From SAR86 cluster bacterium (GTDB lineage: Bacteria; Pseudomonadota; Gammaproteobacteria; Magnimaribacterales; D2472), in NCBI GenBank assembly GCA_023703655.1, contig CP097973.1:798170-862169 (forward strand): DNA of 64,000 nt, in the 5' to 3' direction. A program made the position numbers and the translations under genes. Numbering within the stretch: the first letter of the stretch is position 1; each line of letters begins with the position of its first letter. Of the stretch, positions 38,401-47,887 are shown in pieces. The notes beneath the pieces were generated by a model. The model was not told where the DNA came from and ran no database searches. It saw only the letters and a list, made by a program, of their open reading frames with translations.

Positions 38401-38958
38401 ATGAAAGACTATCTAATTTTTATACCAAATTTGATTTCAATAACAAGGATTATTCTTGTATACCCCATCCTTATCAACTTTTACAATGGCCATTTCTTTT
38501 GGTCATTAAGTTTTTTTATACTTGCATCTTTTAGTGATGCACTTGATGGATACTTAGCAAGAACCTTTAACTGGCAAACAGAACTTGGGAAAATACTAGA
38601 TCCGATTGCAGATAAGTTTTTGCTTATAGGTATGGTTCTAATATTTTGGCTAGAACAAATTATTCCTGATTATGTGATACTCATATTAATATTACGTGAA
38701 TTAATAATTTTGCTTGGTGCGTCTTTTCATATGACTGTTTATCACCTAAATACACCTCAACCAAACATGCTGGGTAAGCTGTTCACATTGTTATTAATAA
38801 TTTATGTTTTAATTGAGTTAGTAAATGTTATGTTTGAAATAGTAGGAATACATCAACTCCATCATATTGTAATCTCAATAGCTTGTTTAATAAGTCTATT
38901 TTCATACACAATCAATTGGATTAAATTAACCTATAAACTTCACAACAAAAATGTCTAA
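38401..38958 (+). CDS. CDP-alcohol phosphatidyltransferase-family protein (PgsA-like)
   Basis: 185 aa membrane protein. Signature D-x2-DG-x2-AR...G-x3-D-x3-D, seen as SDALDGYLARTFNWQTELGKILDPIADK. Confidence 0.82.
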   Translation: MKDYLIFIPNLISITRIILVYPILINFYNGHFFWSLSFFILASFSDALDGYLARTFNWQTELGKILDPIADKFLLIGMVLIFWLEQIIPDYVILILILRELIILLGASFHMTVYHLNTPQPNMLGKLFTLLLIIYVLIELVNVMFEIVGIHQLHHIVISIACLISLFSYTINWIKLTYKLHNKNV

Positions 38959-39649
38959 ACAATTAATTTTTCCATTCGACTCTGATCAATATCCCAAAAT
39001 TAATAATTTTTTTTATAGCTCAAATAATGAGGTCCTAATTAACATAATAAAAGATTCTATATGTGCAGATAACAATGAGAATTTCTTTATATATGGAGAA
39101 CGTGATTCTGGTAAATCTTTTTTGTTGCAAGCTATTTGTAATGAATACTCTGCTAATGGCGGAAAATCTATATATATACCCATGGCTAAAGCAATCAACA
39201 TGCAAGCTAATATGCTTGAAAACCTAAACGAACTTGATGCAGTTTGTATAGATGATTTCACAAAATTTTATCATTCAACAGAATGGCAAATTTCATTTTT
39301 TAATCTGATTAATCAATGCGTTTTAAGTAAATGTTCGTTGTATGTAAGTTCAGATGAAGGTATTAGTGAGGGGGTTGTTTTTACAGATCTGATGTCAAGA
39401 ATAAAAAAAATGCATGTATATGAGGTAAAAAAAATTGCTGATGGTGAATTATCACAAGCATTAAAGTTTTGCGCTGAAAGGAATGGAATTAATCTTAACA
39501 ATGAGGTTATAAATTACTTAACAACAAGAGAAACAAGGATCTTCAATAAGTTATTTTTATTAATTAAGGAGATAGATTTGCTATCGGCCCAAGAAAAAAG
39601 AAAAATTACAGTACCATTTGTTAAAGAGATGCTTAAGAGGATTAATTAA
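38951..39649 (+). CDS. hda: DnaA regulatory inactivator Hda
   Basis: 232 aa. N-terminal clamp-binding-like QLIFPF, degenerate AAA+ Walker A GERDSGKSFLL. Conserved position near purMN. Confidence 0.8.
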   Translation: MSKQLIFPFDSDQYPKINNFFYSSNNEVLINIIKDSICADNNENFFIYGERDSGKSFLLQAICNEYSANGGKSIYIPMAKAINMQANMLENLNELDAVCIDDFTKFYHSTEWQISFFNLINQCVLSKCSLYVSSDEGISEGVVFTDLMSRIKKMHVYEVKKIADGELSQALKFCAERNGINLNNEVINYLTTRETRIFNKLFLLIKEIDLLSAQEKRKITVPFVKEMLKRIN

Positions 39650-41459
39650 TCTTTACATCACAACTAGTGCAATTGTACAAAGGTGTTGGCTCAAACTCTG
39701 AAATTGTTCGACTAAGAATTTCAAAAAAAGGTATGAGGTCAGTATATTTTGACTTAACTCCAAGATTCACATTAAACTCATCAAGAATATCTAAGATTAG
39801 TTGTTGTTCAGGAGAAATTTCTTTCTTGTAATATTTCACTTCATACATATCTAAATCAGCAAGCTCAGCTGCTTTCTCAATAGCATCATTTATCTGCCCA
39901 ATTTCATCAATGAGACCAAGCTCAAGTGCTTTAGTACCAGTCCAGACTCTCCCACTTGCAATTGAATATATATAATCACTGGTTTTATCTCTCGACTCAG
40001 CAACAAGATCTACAAATCGTTGATATGTTTTCGCAGCATCAGCATTAATCAATTTAGCGTGGGCTTCATCAATGGGTTGCGAAATATCCCATCCAGCATA
40101 CTTAGATGTTGTTACTCCATCAGTATTAATTCCAATGTATTCAAACGTATTTTCAAGCGTTGGAAAAGCATAAGCAACGCCTATGGAACCTGTTATTGTG
40201 GTTGATTGAGCAAAAATGTAGTCTGCAGGGGTTGCAATATAAACACCTCCTGATGCTGCTACATCTCCCATAGATACAACGATTGGTAAACCTTTCTTTT
40301 GAGTTTCTAGCAACTCATCTCTGATAATTTCGCTACCTAGAACGGTGCCTCCACCGCTGTTAACTCGCATAACAACTGCTTTTACATCTGAGCTTTCATG
40401 AGCTTTTCTTATTAATCTTGCTATACCGTCAGCTCCAGCGATGCCAGGCTCAATCTCTCCTCTCATAATAGATCCTTCAACTGTAACAACAGCAATCTTA
40501 TTAGAATCAGATGAGGTTTCCATATCATATGTTTCCATGAACTCAATGAAAGAAATATTCGGATAAGTCAGTCTATCTGCAGTCTGATCCTCTCCAAATT
40601 TCTCAATCATATATGATCTAAATTCAGGATATGATTTGTATCCGTCAATAAACCCATTATCTGTTGCAAAACTTAAATTTTCGAAAGTCGCTTGATTAGA
40701 AATTGTGAAATTATTATCAGCAAAATTTTGTATTGTTTGTATATCAATATCTCTACCCTCAGAAATGATTGCTTTAAATTTATTCCAAATTGGAGTTAAT
40801 ATGTCGGTTCTTTGTTTTCTGTCTTCATCAGACATTTGTGTCTGAGTAAGTGATTCTGCTGCAGATTTAAAATCTCCTTGAGAAAAATCATGTACTGTAA
40901 ATTTTAGATTTTCGTAAAGTTGTTTTGAATATTGTCTATAACCACCTACACCATTAATGGTGAAAGCACCACCTGAGTGCGCCCATATTTCATCTGCATA
41001 TGCGGCCATCATTAGTGTTGTAGTATCAAAGTAGGTTGAAAATGCAATAATTTCTTTTCCAGAATCTTTAAGAGATTTTAATTTTTCAGCAACGTTAATT
41101 GCTGTAGTAGGACCAGCGAAGCCTGTAGAGCTAAAGTCAATTAGAACAGCAGCAATTTCATTATCAGACTTAAGTTGTTCTATTAAATAATCAAACTCTC
41201 TAAAAGTAATTTGCTCAACATTTTCAGCAAAAATAGGAAATTCACTTGAAAAGGATTCTTCGTCGACTATAAGAAATGAAGGATCTAGAATTACAACCTT
41301 TCCTTCTTTATCGATTGGCGCAGGGCCAGCTGACCATAGGCTGAAGAAACCTATTGTTAGAAGAATAAGAACTAATGCAGTACCTATGTTCAAAAAAACA
41401 ATTCTTGTTTTTTCAAGGAATCTTCCTAACCATGCAAATATTGATTTTAATGTGTCCAT
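39642..41459 (-). CDS. sppA: Signal peptide peptidase SppA (67K type, tandem S49 domains)
   Basis: 605 aa with an N-terminal TM anchor and two S49 domains. Catalytic-Ser context MGDVAASGGVYIA. Confidence 0.9.
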   Translation of the reverse strand: MDTLKSIFAWLGRFLEKTRIVFLNIGTALVLILLTIGFFSLWSAGPAPIDKEGKVVILDPSFLIVDEESFSSEFPIFAENVEQITFREFDYLIEQLKSDNEIAAVLIDFSSTGFAGPTTAINVAEKLKSLKDSGKEIIAFSTYFDTTTLMMAAYADEIWAHSGGAFTINGVGGYRQYSKQLYENLKFTVHDFSQGDFKSAAESLTQTQMSDEDRKQRTDILTPIWNKFKAIISEGRDIDIQTIQNFADNNFTISNQATFENLSFATDNGFIDGYKSYPEFRSYMIEKFGEDQTADRLTYPNISFIEFMETYDMETSSDSNKIAVVTVEGSIMRGEIEPGIAGADGIARLIRKAHESSDVKAVVMRVNSGGGTVLGSEIIRDELLETQKKGLPIVVSMGDVAASGGVYIATPADYIFAQSTTITGSIGVAYAFPTLENTFEYIGINTDGVTTSKYAGWDISQPIDEAHAKLINADAAKTYQRFVDLVAESRDKTSDYIYSIASGRVWTGTKALELGLIDEIGQINDAIEKAAELADLDMYEVKYYKKEISPEQQLILDILDEFNVNLGVKSKYTDLIPFFEILSRTISEFEPTPLYNCTSCDVKIN

Positions 41460-41477
41460 ATCTATACTCTAAAATAA

Positions 41478-41939
41478 TTAATTTGGTAAAACCCTTGATT
41501 TACCGCCGCTTTTTACTATCCTGACGCTTTGGCCAGCCTGAAATTCATATTGACTTTTTGCTTGAATAATTGAAACGACCTTGCCAGATTCAAGTTCAAG
41601 AAATAATTCAATAGCATCTTTTTGAGTAATTTGATTGCCGATAGCCGATCCAACGCTAGACCCTACAATACCGCCAATCACTCCACCAATACCTGACTCA
41701 ACATCAGATTCAGTAATTGATTGTCCAGCAGCAGCTCCAATCACACCACCAGCTATGGCACCAGTCTCTCTGTCTCCGGATATAATAATTGACTTAACAT
41801 CTACAACAATTGCAGCCTGGACAGTCTGAACCCTTTGCGCAGAGGATGATTCCACAATATCGGGTCTTTGCGGATTATATGCACAACTCGTTATAAAAAA
41901 TAAGATTAATATGCTAAGAATTTTCATTAATTTCATCAT
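41478..41939 (-). CDS. Glycine-zipper outer-membrane lipoprotein
   Basis: 153 aa. Lipobox FITSC-A and a Gly-zipper segment GAIAGGVIGAAAGQ...GIGGVIGGIVGSSVGSAIG. Confidence 0.7.
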   Translation of the reverse strand: MMKLMKILSILILFFITSCAYNPQRPDIVESSSAQRVQTVQAAIVVDVKSIIISGDRETGAIAGGVIGAAAGQSITESDVESGIGGVIGGIVGSSVGSAIGNQITQKDAIELFLELESGKVVSIIQAKSQYEFQAGQSVRIVKSGGKSRVLPN

Positions 41940-42345
41940 CCAACATATTGAAGTTTTTTAACAAGTCTTCCTTTAAGATGTACATTTTTCTGTTCTTGCT
42001 TGGTCCTGATAATAAATTTACTTCAAGAATTCTTTTATTTGATTTTTCATTTAAGACATAAATCTTATCTCCTTTTATCAATCTTTCTAAATTTCTAGAA
42101 TCCACAAAAGAAAATAAATCCCAATCCTGAGTTTGTCTTGCTAGGTAGGTATGATATGCATCGCCAAGCATATGATAAGCAACTTGACCTTTACCATACA
42201 TACGACTGGTTGAACCATTTTTTTCTAATACCCAAGTTGTGTTGTTTATTGAAGTTTCATCAACAGCTTCTGAGAGTATTTCATTAGGAAACAAAATTAT
42301 TACCAGAAAAGCTATTATATTAGTCTTTATATTTTTAATTAGCAT
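41914..42345 (-). CDS. Hypothetical secreted protein
   Basis: 143-aa ORF with an N-terminal hydrophobic signal/anchor. No motif recognised. Confidence 0.45.
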   Translation of the reverse strand: MLIKNIKTNIIAFLVIILFPNEILSEAVDETSINNTTWVLEKNGSTSRMYGKGQVAYHMLGDAYHTYLARQTQDWDLFSFVDSRNLERLIKGDKIYVLNEKSNKRILEVNLLSGPSKNRKMYILKEDLLKNFNMLDDEINENS

Positions 42346-42394
42346 ATATCTTAGATAATAATATTTTTAAAAAATTCAATTGGGTTAACACATT

Positions 42395-42952
42395 CTATTC
42401 CCATACTGACACAAATTCATCAACACTATAATTTGAAATTTTCTTTTTATCTCCATCTCGAGTGCCTACATACAAATAACCAAGAATTGTATTGTTATCA
42501 TCTAAATTCAAATATTTGAGAAGTTTGTTATTAAATGAGAATTTTCCAGTTCTCCAAATACCTGCATATCCATACGATTCCAGAGCTAATAAAATATTTT
42601 GCGCTGAGGCAGCAGTAGATAATTTTTGTTCAATTAACGGTACTTTTGGGTGTTCTTGATGTTTAGTAACCAATATGATTATCATTGGCGCTCTAAAAGG
42701 TGCATCTTTATACTTTTGTAAAACAGATTCATCTTTAATCATTAACTCATTTTTTGCAAAGTCATAAAAAACAGAAGAAAGCTTATTCAGTCCCTGGCCA
42801 GTGATTTGGATGAATCTTGCGGGCTTAAGTTTTGCATGATCTGGAGCTCTTAAAGCAGCTTGATATATTTTCTTCATTTCATTTGAATCAGGAAATGGCT
42901 CGATAAGGCCTCTAGCAGAGTTACGTTCAAGCAAACTATCAATTAATTTCAT
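42395..42952 (-). CDS. ydjA: NAD(P)H nitroreductase, YdjA family
   Basis: 185 aa, collinear with E. coli YdjA as I recall it (LRAPDH..L.P.RF, APFRAPMIIILV, GIWRTG, ILGYLYVGT). Confidence 0.82.
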   Translation of the reverse strand: MKLIDSLLERNSARGLIEPFPDSNEMKKIYQAALRAPDHAKLKPARFIQITGQGLNKLSSVFYDFAKNELMIKDESVLQKYKDAPFRAPMIIILVTKHQEHPKVPLIEQKLSTAASAQNILLALESYGYAGIWRTGKFSFNNKLLKYLNLDDNNTILGYLYVGTRDGDKKKISNYSVDEFVSVWE

Positions 42953-42987
42953 ATTACTTATATTAGTACAAAAATTGATAGTTTAGG

Positions 42988-43014
42988 CTTGAAAATAAGA
43001 AAATATCTCATATA
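42988..43014 (+). promoter_or_regulatory. Candidate sigma32 promoter of the small heat-shock protein gene
   Basis: CTTGAAA is exact at 42988-42994 and tCtCATaT lies at 43006-43013. The spacer (11-12 nt) is shorter than the consensus I recall. Confidence 0.4.
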
Positions 43015-43100
43015 TAAGAGATGTAAATGCCATAAGGGTTTACACATATTAATCCGCGCAAGCTATATGTTGCGCAACTAGTCGCTAAAGGAGGACTAAA

Positions 43101-43550
43101 ATGGTATTAAATTTTACCGATCCGTTCCTAACCACTCGTGTGTTAGGTTTTGAAACTTTATTTGATAGATTGCAAAGTTTGTCTGAGTCATCAGACAGAT
43201 CTTCATATCCGCCATATAATATCAGGCGAAATGAAAATCTGATCTATATTGACTTAGCTGTTGCTGGTCTTTCTAAAGAAGATCTTAATGTAGAGCTTTC
43301 AGATGGTGTGCTTACTGTCGAGCATGCAGGACCGAAATCTGAAGTTGTTCAGAAAAGTAATGAAGTTGTTTATCAGGGAATAGCTCAAAGGGCTTTCAAA
43401 CAACAATTTACTCTTGCTGAACATGTTCAGGTAAGAGGTGCTGAACTAACGAATGGTATGTTAACTATTGAATTAGAGAAGATTCTTCCTGAAGAGAAAA
43501 AACCAAAGACTATTGACATTAAAACGCCAAAGAAAATTCTTGGAAAGTAA
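43101..43550 (+). CDS. Small heat-shock protein (Hsp20/alpha-crystallin, IbpA-like)
   Basis: 149 aa. YPPYNI start of the alpha-crystallin domain, ...AVAGLSKEDLNVEL..GVLTV..., GMLTIEL. Strong SD aaggagg. Confidence 0.92.
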   Translation: MVLNFTDPFLTTRVLGFETLFDRLQSLSESSDRSSYPPYNIRRNENLIYIDLAVAGLSKEDLNVELSDGVLTVEHAGPKSEVVQKSNEVVYQGIAQRAFKQQFTLAEHVQVRGAELTNGMLTIELEKILPEEKKPKTIDIKTPKKILGK

Positions 43551-43565
43551 TGTCTGTTCTTTCAA

Positions 43566-43590
43566 AAAAGGGGATTAAATTCCCCTTTTT
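43566..43590 (+). terminator. Rho-independent terminator after the sHSP gene
   Basis: Stem aaaagggga/tcccctttt with loop ttaaat and a T5 tail. It ends 6 nt before the next ATG (43597). Confidence 0.75.
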
Positions 43591-43596
43591 AGTTTT

Positions 43597-45531
43597 ATGA
43601 TAAGAAAATTTCTAGCAGCATTATTATTTATATTTGCAATTGATGAACTCAATGCATCTGTAAATACTGGTCATGCAGTTGTTTCATTAAAATCTGATTT
43701 AGTTTCGCAAAATGTTGATAATTTTCATCTTGCAATTAATTTTAAAATGGATGAGGGATGGCATACATATTGGTCCAATCCTGGAGATTCAGGTGGCCCT
43801 TTGGAAGTCAGTTGGGACTATCCTGAGGGTGTAATAATTGAAGATGTTAGTTGGCCTACCCCAAAACTTATTCCCTATCCACCTTTAATAACTTACGGTT
43901 ATGAGGATGAGGTAAATTTTGTTTTCAAGGTTTTTAAAAATCAATCAAGCATCATAGAAAATATAAAAGCTAAGGTAAATTTTTTGATTTGTGCTGACAT
44001 TTGTATTCCTGAATCTGCACTACTTGAAATTAAACTCCCCCTAAAAGAATCGCAACCAGAAATTGAAAAAGGTTTGTCTAGCCTGCCAATTAAACAACTC
44101 AAAGTTAATGCTTACAATGAGGAAGAATTTATTCTTATTGATTTTAGATACGATGAGCCTATCAGGAATGCGTATTTCTTTTCAGATGATGATAAGTTTA
44201 ATTATCCCGAAAAACATCAAATCAAAAAACAGTCTTCTAATACGTATCGAATGAATCTTCCAAAAAATCATTCTTCAATCAGTTCATTTTCAGGGGTGTT
44301 AAAAATCAATGATGTTGGTTACTTTGTCAATGCTAATGTTGCTAATGTAGATATAAATAATGCCGATTCATATTCAATATCACTATACCAAGCAATTCTA
44401 TTTGCACTTCTCGGAGGCATAATATTAAATTTAATGCCTTGTGTATTTCCTGTTATAGCTATCAAAGCATTAAGTTTTGTTGCTGGAGGTGATCACAATT
44501 CAAAAATTCATGGCATAAGTTATACAGGTGGGGTTTTATTTACGTTTATTGTTATTGCGAGTGTTTTGTTTCTATTTAAACAAGCTGGTGAGTCGCTTGG
44601 TTGGGGATTTCAACTGCAGATTCCTGAGGTTGTTGGGTTTTTGGCAATCATTATGGCTTTTTTGGGTTTTATACTTTTATCAAATGTAAATATCGGGTTT
44701 TCGTTCACCGACAAAAATGTAGCAAACAAAGATAGTTTATTTACATCATTCAGTACCGGTGCTTTGGCAGTAATACTTGCATCTCCATGCACAGCACCAT
44801 TTATGGGAGCAGCATTGGGGTATGCGATTATTCAATCGTCATCAATAAGCTTTGCTATCTTTGGTGCATTAGGGTTAGGATTTGCAATTCCATATTTGGT
44901 GCTTTCATTTAATCCAAAATTAATAAATCTACTGCCAAAACCTGGACAGTGGATGGAAACATTTAAGCAATTAATGGCATTTCCAATGTTTGCAACCTCG
45001 ATATGGCTTGTTTGGGTCTTCGCACAACAAACAGGTATTAATGACCAACTTATACTTTGGTTATTATTATTGGTAGTTGGTTTAGGAGTTTGGGTCATAA
45101 GCACTTTTTCTAAATTTTATATCCCAGTCATACTCATCATGACTATGAGTATCTTTGCAGGACTTGCATCTGTTAAAGGTATCAACAATTCTGATACAAA
45201 AGTGCTTAATCTGACTGAAAATTTTGAACAAGAACTCCGTAAAGAGGGTAAACCATATTTTATAAACTTTACAGCAGCCTGGTGTATCACATGTAAGGTA
45301 AACGAAAACACAACTCTTAATAAAAAATCAGTAAAAGACTTCTTTAAAAAAAATGATATTACATATATAGAAATTGATTGGACAAATAGAAATGCAGATA
45401 TAACAAATATTCTTGCTAATTATAATAGAAGTGGAGTGCCCCTATATATTTTTTGGACACCTGGCATTGATTCACCTAAAGTTCTGCCAGCTATTCTAAA
45501 TGAAGGCATGATACTGCGACTGATTGATTAG
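43597..45531 (+). CDS. Thiol:disulfide interchange protein DsbD/DipZ family (periplasmic alpha domain, membrane core, thioredoxin domain)
   Basis: 644 aa. N-domain Cys pair LICADICIPE, membrane Cys motifs LMPCVFPV and ASPCTAPF, C-terminal thioredoxin motif AAWCITCK. Confidence 0.88.
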   Translation: MIRKFLAALLFIFAIDELNASVNTGHAVVSLKSDLVSQNVDNFHLAINFKMDEGWHTYWSNPGDSGGPLEVSWDYPEGVIIEDVSWPTPKLIPYPPLITYGYEDEVNFVFKVFKNQSSIIENIKAKVNFLICADICIPESALLEIKLPLKESQPEIEKGLSSLPIKQLKVNAYNEEEFILIDFRYDEPIRNAYFFSDDDKFNYPEKHQIKKQSSNTYRMNLPKNHSSISSFSGVLKINDVGYFVNANVANVDINNADSYSISLYQAILFALLGGIILNLMPCVFPVIAIKALSFVAGGDHNSKIHGISYTGGVLFTFIVIASVLFLFKQAGESLGWGFQLQIPEVVGFLAIIMAFLGFILLSNVNIGFSFTDKNVANKDSLFTSFSTGALAVILASPCTAPFMGAALGYAIIQSSSISFAIFGALGLGFAIPYLVLSFNPKLINLLPKPGQWMETFKQLMAFPMFATSIWLVWVFAQQTGINDQLILWLLLLVVGLGVWVISTFSKFYIPVILIMTMSIFAGLASVKGINNSDTKVLNLTENFEQELRKEGKPYFINFTAAWCITCKVNENTTLNKKSVKDFFKKNDITYIEIDWTNRNADITNILANYNRSGVPLYIFWTPGIDSPKVLPAILNEGMILRLID

Positions 45532-45536
45532 ATTAA

Positions 45537-46055
45537 TTATGAGCTAAATATATATTTAGCCCAATCTTTATCCGGAAATGCATCTTTTTCAAACTTATGT
45601 CCATTCAAAAGATGACTAAATGAAGGTTTGATCGGTTCTTTAATAGGTTTGCCGGGTTTATCTCCTTTCTTTAAGTTGCACGATTTGCATGCTGTTACAA
45701 CGTTTTCCCAGTTCGAAGGTCCTTTTTTTGATTTTGGAATGACATGATCAAGAGTAAGATCTTTTTTATCAAAAATTTCAGAACAATACTGGCACGTATA
45801 CATATCTCTAAGCAATACGTTTGATCTAGAAAACTTTACATAATTATGAAATTTATGGAAACGTGGAAGCATAAGAATACTTGGCACTTTCATCTCAAAA
45901 TTGGGTGAACGCACCACACGATCTTGATGTTCTTTGATAAGAATTACGTTGCGTGTAAGTGTCAACTTAACAGCAGTTTTCCAATTTAATACTGATAAAG
46001 GAAAATAACTGACAGGTTTCCCATTACCATTTAATAACAAACAATCTTGTGACAT
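45537..46055 (-). CDS. Stand-alone HNH endonuclease
   Basis: HNH/zinc motifs CQYC...LDHVIPKSKKG...NVVTACKSCNLKKG. Start placed at ATG 46055 (MSQDCLLLNGNGKPV); the track ORF begins at TTG 46106. Confidence 0.8.
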   Translation of the reverse strand: MSQDCLLLNGNGKPVSYFPLSVLNWKTAVKLTLTRNVILIKEHQDRVVRSPNFEMKVPSILMLPRFHKFHNYVKFSRSNVLLRDMYTCQYCSEIFDKKDLTLDHVIPKSKKGPSNWENVVTACKSCNLKKGDKPGKPIKEPIKPSFSHLLNGHKFEKDAFPDKDWAKYIFSS

Positions 46056-46150
46056 TTTAAAATTTAGATTTATTTTATTTCGATCAAAGGTTAATATAGT
46101 TTGCAACTAGGGAACTGACAAGATCAATTAGGGGAAATTAACATTATTTT

Positions 46151-46849
46151 ATGCACACTGATCCTTTCATATTATTTGGCGCTCAGCACATCATCACTCT
46201 GATAATTGCATTTACCGCGTTTATTTTTATTCCTTTTGCAATTAAAGATAAATCTGATGCTTTTCACCATACTGCAGGTATTTCTATTGCTGTATTAGTT
46301 TTTGTGCATGAAGTGACTAATGCACTTAATGCTTTTACATTTGGATTGCCTTGGCAAGAAGCTGTCCCATTGCATTTATGTGATATGTCTGCAATTTCAA
46401 TTGCTTTATATTTCATATACAAAATAAAAATACTATTTAATTGTGCATTCTTTTGGGGAATTGGTGGAGCTACAATGGCTATGTTAACGCCCGATATTGA
46501 TTATCAATTTCCACATGCTGAATTTGTTCCCTTTTTTTATGGTCATGCATTAGTTTTGCTTGGTGTTTTTTTTGCAGTTATTTGCCTCAAAGAAAGGCCA
46601 TTTTTTTCAGATGTAAATAAGGTTGTGGTGATATCTCTTGTGCTTGCAGGAGTAATCTACGTTGCAAACATATTGCTTGGTGAAGGTGCCAACTTTTGGT
46701 ATTTAATGGATAAACCTGCAGGCGATACAATAATGAATTTCTTCCCTGAGCCTCCATATCATTTATTGATTACAACCCCAGTTGCAATTTCAGTTTTTTA
46801 CTTGATATATCTTCCATACGTTATAAGTGACGCCCTCAAAAAAAGTTGA
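46151..46849 (+). CDS. Polytopic membrane protein (TIGR02206/YwaF-like)
   Basis: 232 aa with about 7 TM helices and motif PLHLCD. Family assignment is from memory. Confidence 0.55.
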   Translation: MHTDPFILFGAQHIITLIIAFTAFIFIPFAIKDKSDAFHHTAGISIAVLVFVHEVTNALNAFTFGLPWQEAVPLHLCDMSAISIALYFIYKIKILFNCAFFWGIGGATMAMLTPDIDYQFPHAEFVPFFYGHALVLLGVFFAVICLKERPFFSDVNKVVVISLVLAGVIYVANILLGEGANFWYLMDKPAGDTIMNFFPEPPYHLLITTPVAISVFYLIYLPYVISDALKKS

Positions 46850-47825
46850 CTTAGATATTTCAACGTGGAATGACCATGTTGAAGATACTTATCTAGGCAT
46901 CAAGGATCACTTAAATGAAACTCCTCTTCTATCATCAAAAAAACTCAATCAACTACTTGGAATTCAAATATTTGTTAAGGCTGAGAATCTTCAAAAAACT
47001 GGTTCTTTTAAAATACGTGGTGCACTATCATCGATATTAAATTTAAGTGCAGAACAATTAAGAAATGGAGTGTTAGCTTACTCTTCTGGAAATCATGCTC
47101 AAGGTGTAGCAATGGCTGCACAAATATTTAATACCTCTGCGACAATAGTTATGCCTAGCGACGCTCCAAAAGTGAAAGTCTTAGGAACAAAAGCATACTC
47201 GCCGAATATAATTTTTTATGACAGATTCAATGAAAGTAGAGAAGAAATTGGCAAAAAAATTGCTAATGAGAAAAATTTAACCATTATCAAACCCTACAAT
47301 TCAATTAATACAATTTTTGGGCAAGCTACTGCAGCCTTTGAAGTAGTGAACCAAATTGATATTGAGATTGATAGCGTTTTGGTTTGTGCTGGAGGTGGAG
47401 GCCTCACGGCAGGTTTTTCTATTATTATGAAAAAGTATTATCCAAAATGTGAAATATATACTGCTGAACCTGAACATTGGAATGATCACGAGCAATCTTT
47501 TAAAAACAATAAAATTACTCCCCTAAAATCCATACGGCCTAGTATTTGTGATGGCCTGCTTGCTATGGAACCTGGAGAGATTACATTTAAGATTAATTCA
47601 GCTATGGGCGTTCAAGGCTTATCATGTGATGATCAACATGTAATAGATGCAATGAAAATTGCAAAAGAGTATTTTGATCAAAAGCTTGAGCCAAGTGGTG
47701 CAGTAGCATTAGGTTGTCTTATCAAAAATAGATCTTTGTTTAGTGGCAAAAATGTTGTGATTACATTTTCAGGAGGTAATGTAGATGACTCTGAATATAG
47801 TAAATTGGTGAATAGATCGAATTAA
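46827..47825 (+). CDS. PLP-dependent (fold type II) threonine/serine dehydratase or racemase-like enzyme
   Basis: 332 aa. PLP-Lys motif GSFKIRGA, SSGNHAQG and glycine loop CAGGGGL. GTG start overlaps the upstream gene by 23 nt. Confidence 0.85.
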   Translation: MTPSKKVDLDISTWNDHVEDTYLGIKDHLNETPLLSSKKLNQLLGIQIFVKAENLQKTGSFKIRGALSSILNLSAEQLRNGVLAYSSGNHAQGVAMAAQIFNTSATIVMPSDAPKVKVLGTKAYSPNIIFYDRFNESREEIGKKIANEKNLTIIKPYNSINTIFGQATAAFEVVNQIDIEIDSVLVCAGGGGLTAGFSIIMKKYYPKCEIYTAEPEHWNDHEQSFKNNKITPLKSIRPSICDGLLAMEPGEITFKINSAMGVQGLSCDDQHVIDAMKIAKEYFDQKLEPSGAVALGCLIKNRSLFSGKNVVITFSGGNVDDSEYSKLVNRSN

Positions 47826-47887
47826 TGTAATGGAAGTTCTCAATAGATTAAATTCTGATAAAATCGGTATATAGATATATTTTTGCA

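Noticed and set aside
38174-38404. 76-aa plus-strand ORF in the purM/CDP-alcohol-transferase intergenic region.
   Set aside because: It begins inside the purM N-terminus on the opposite strand and ends 4 nt into the next gene, with no motif or SD. It is most likely the divergent promoter region.
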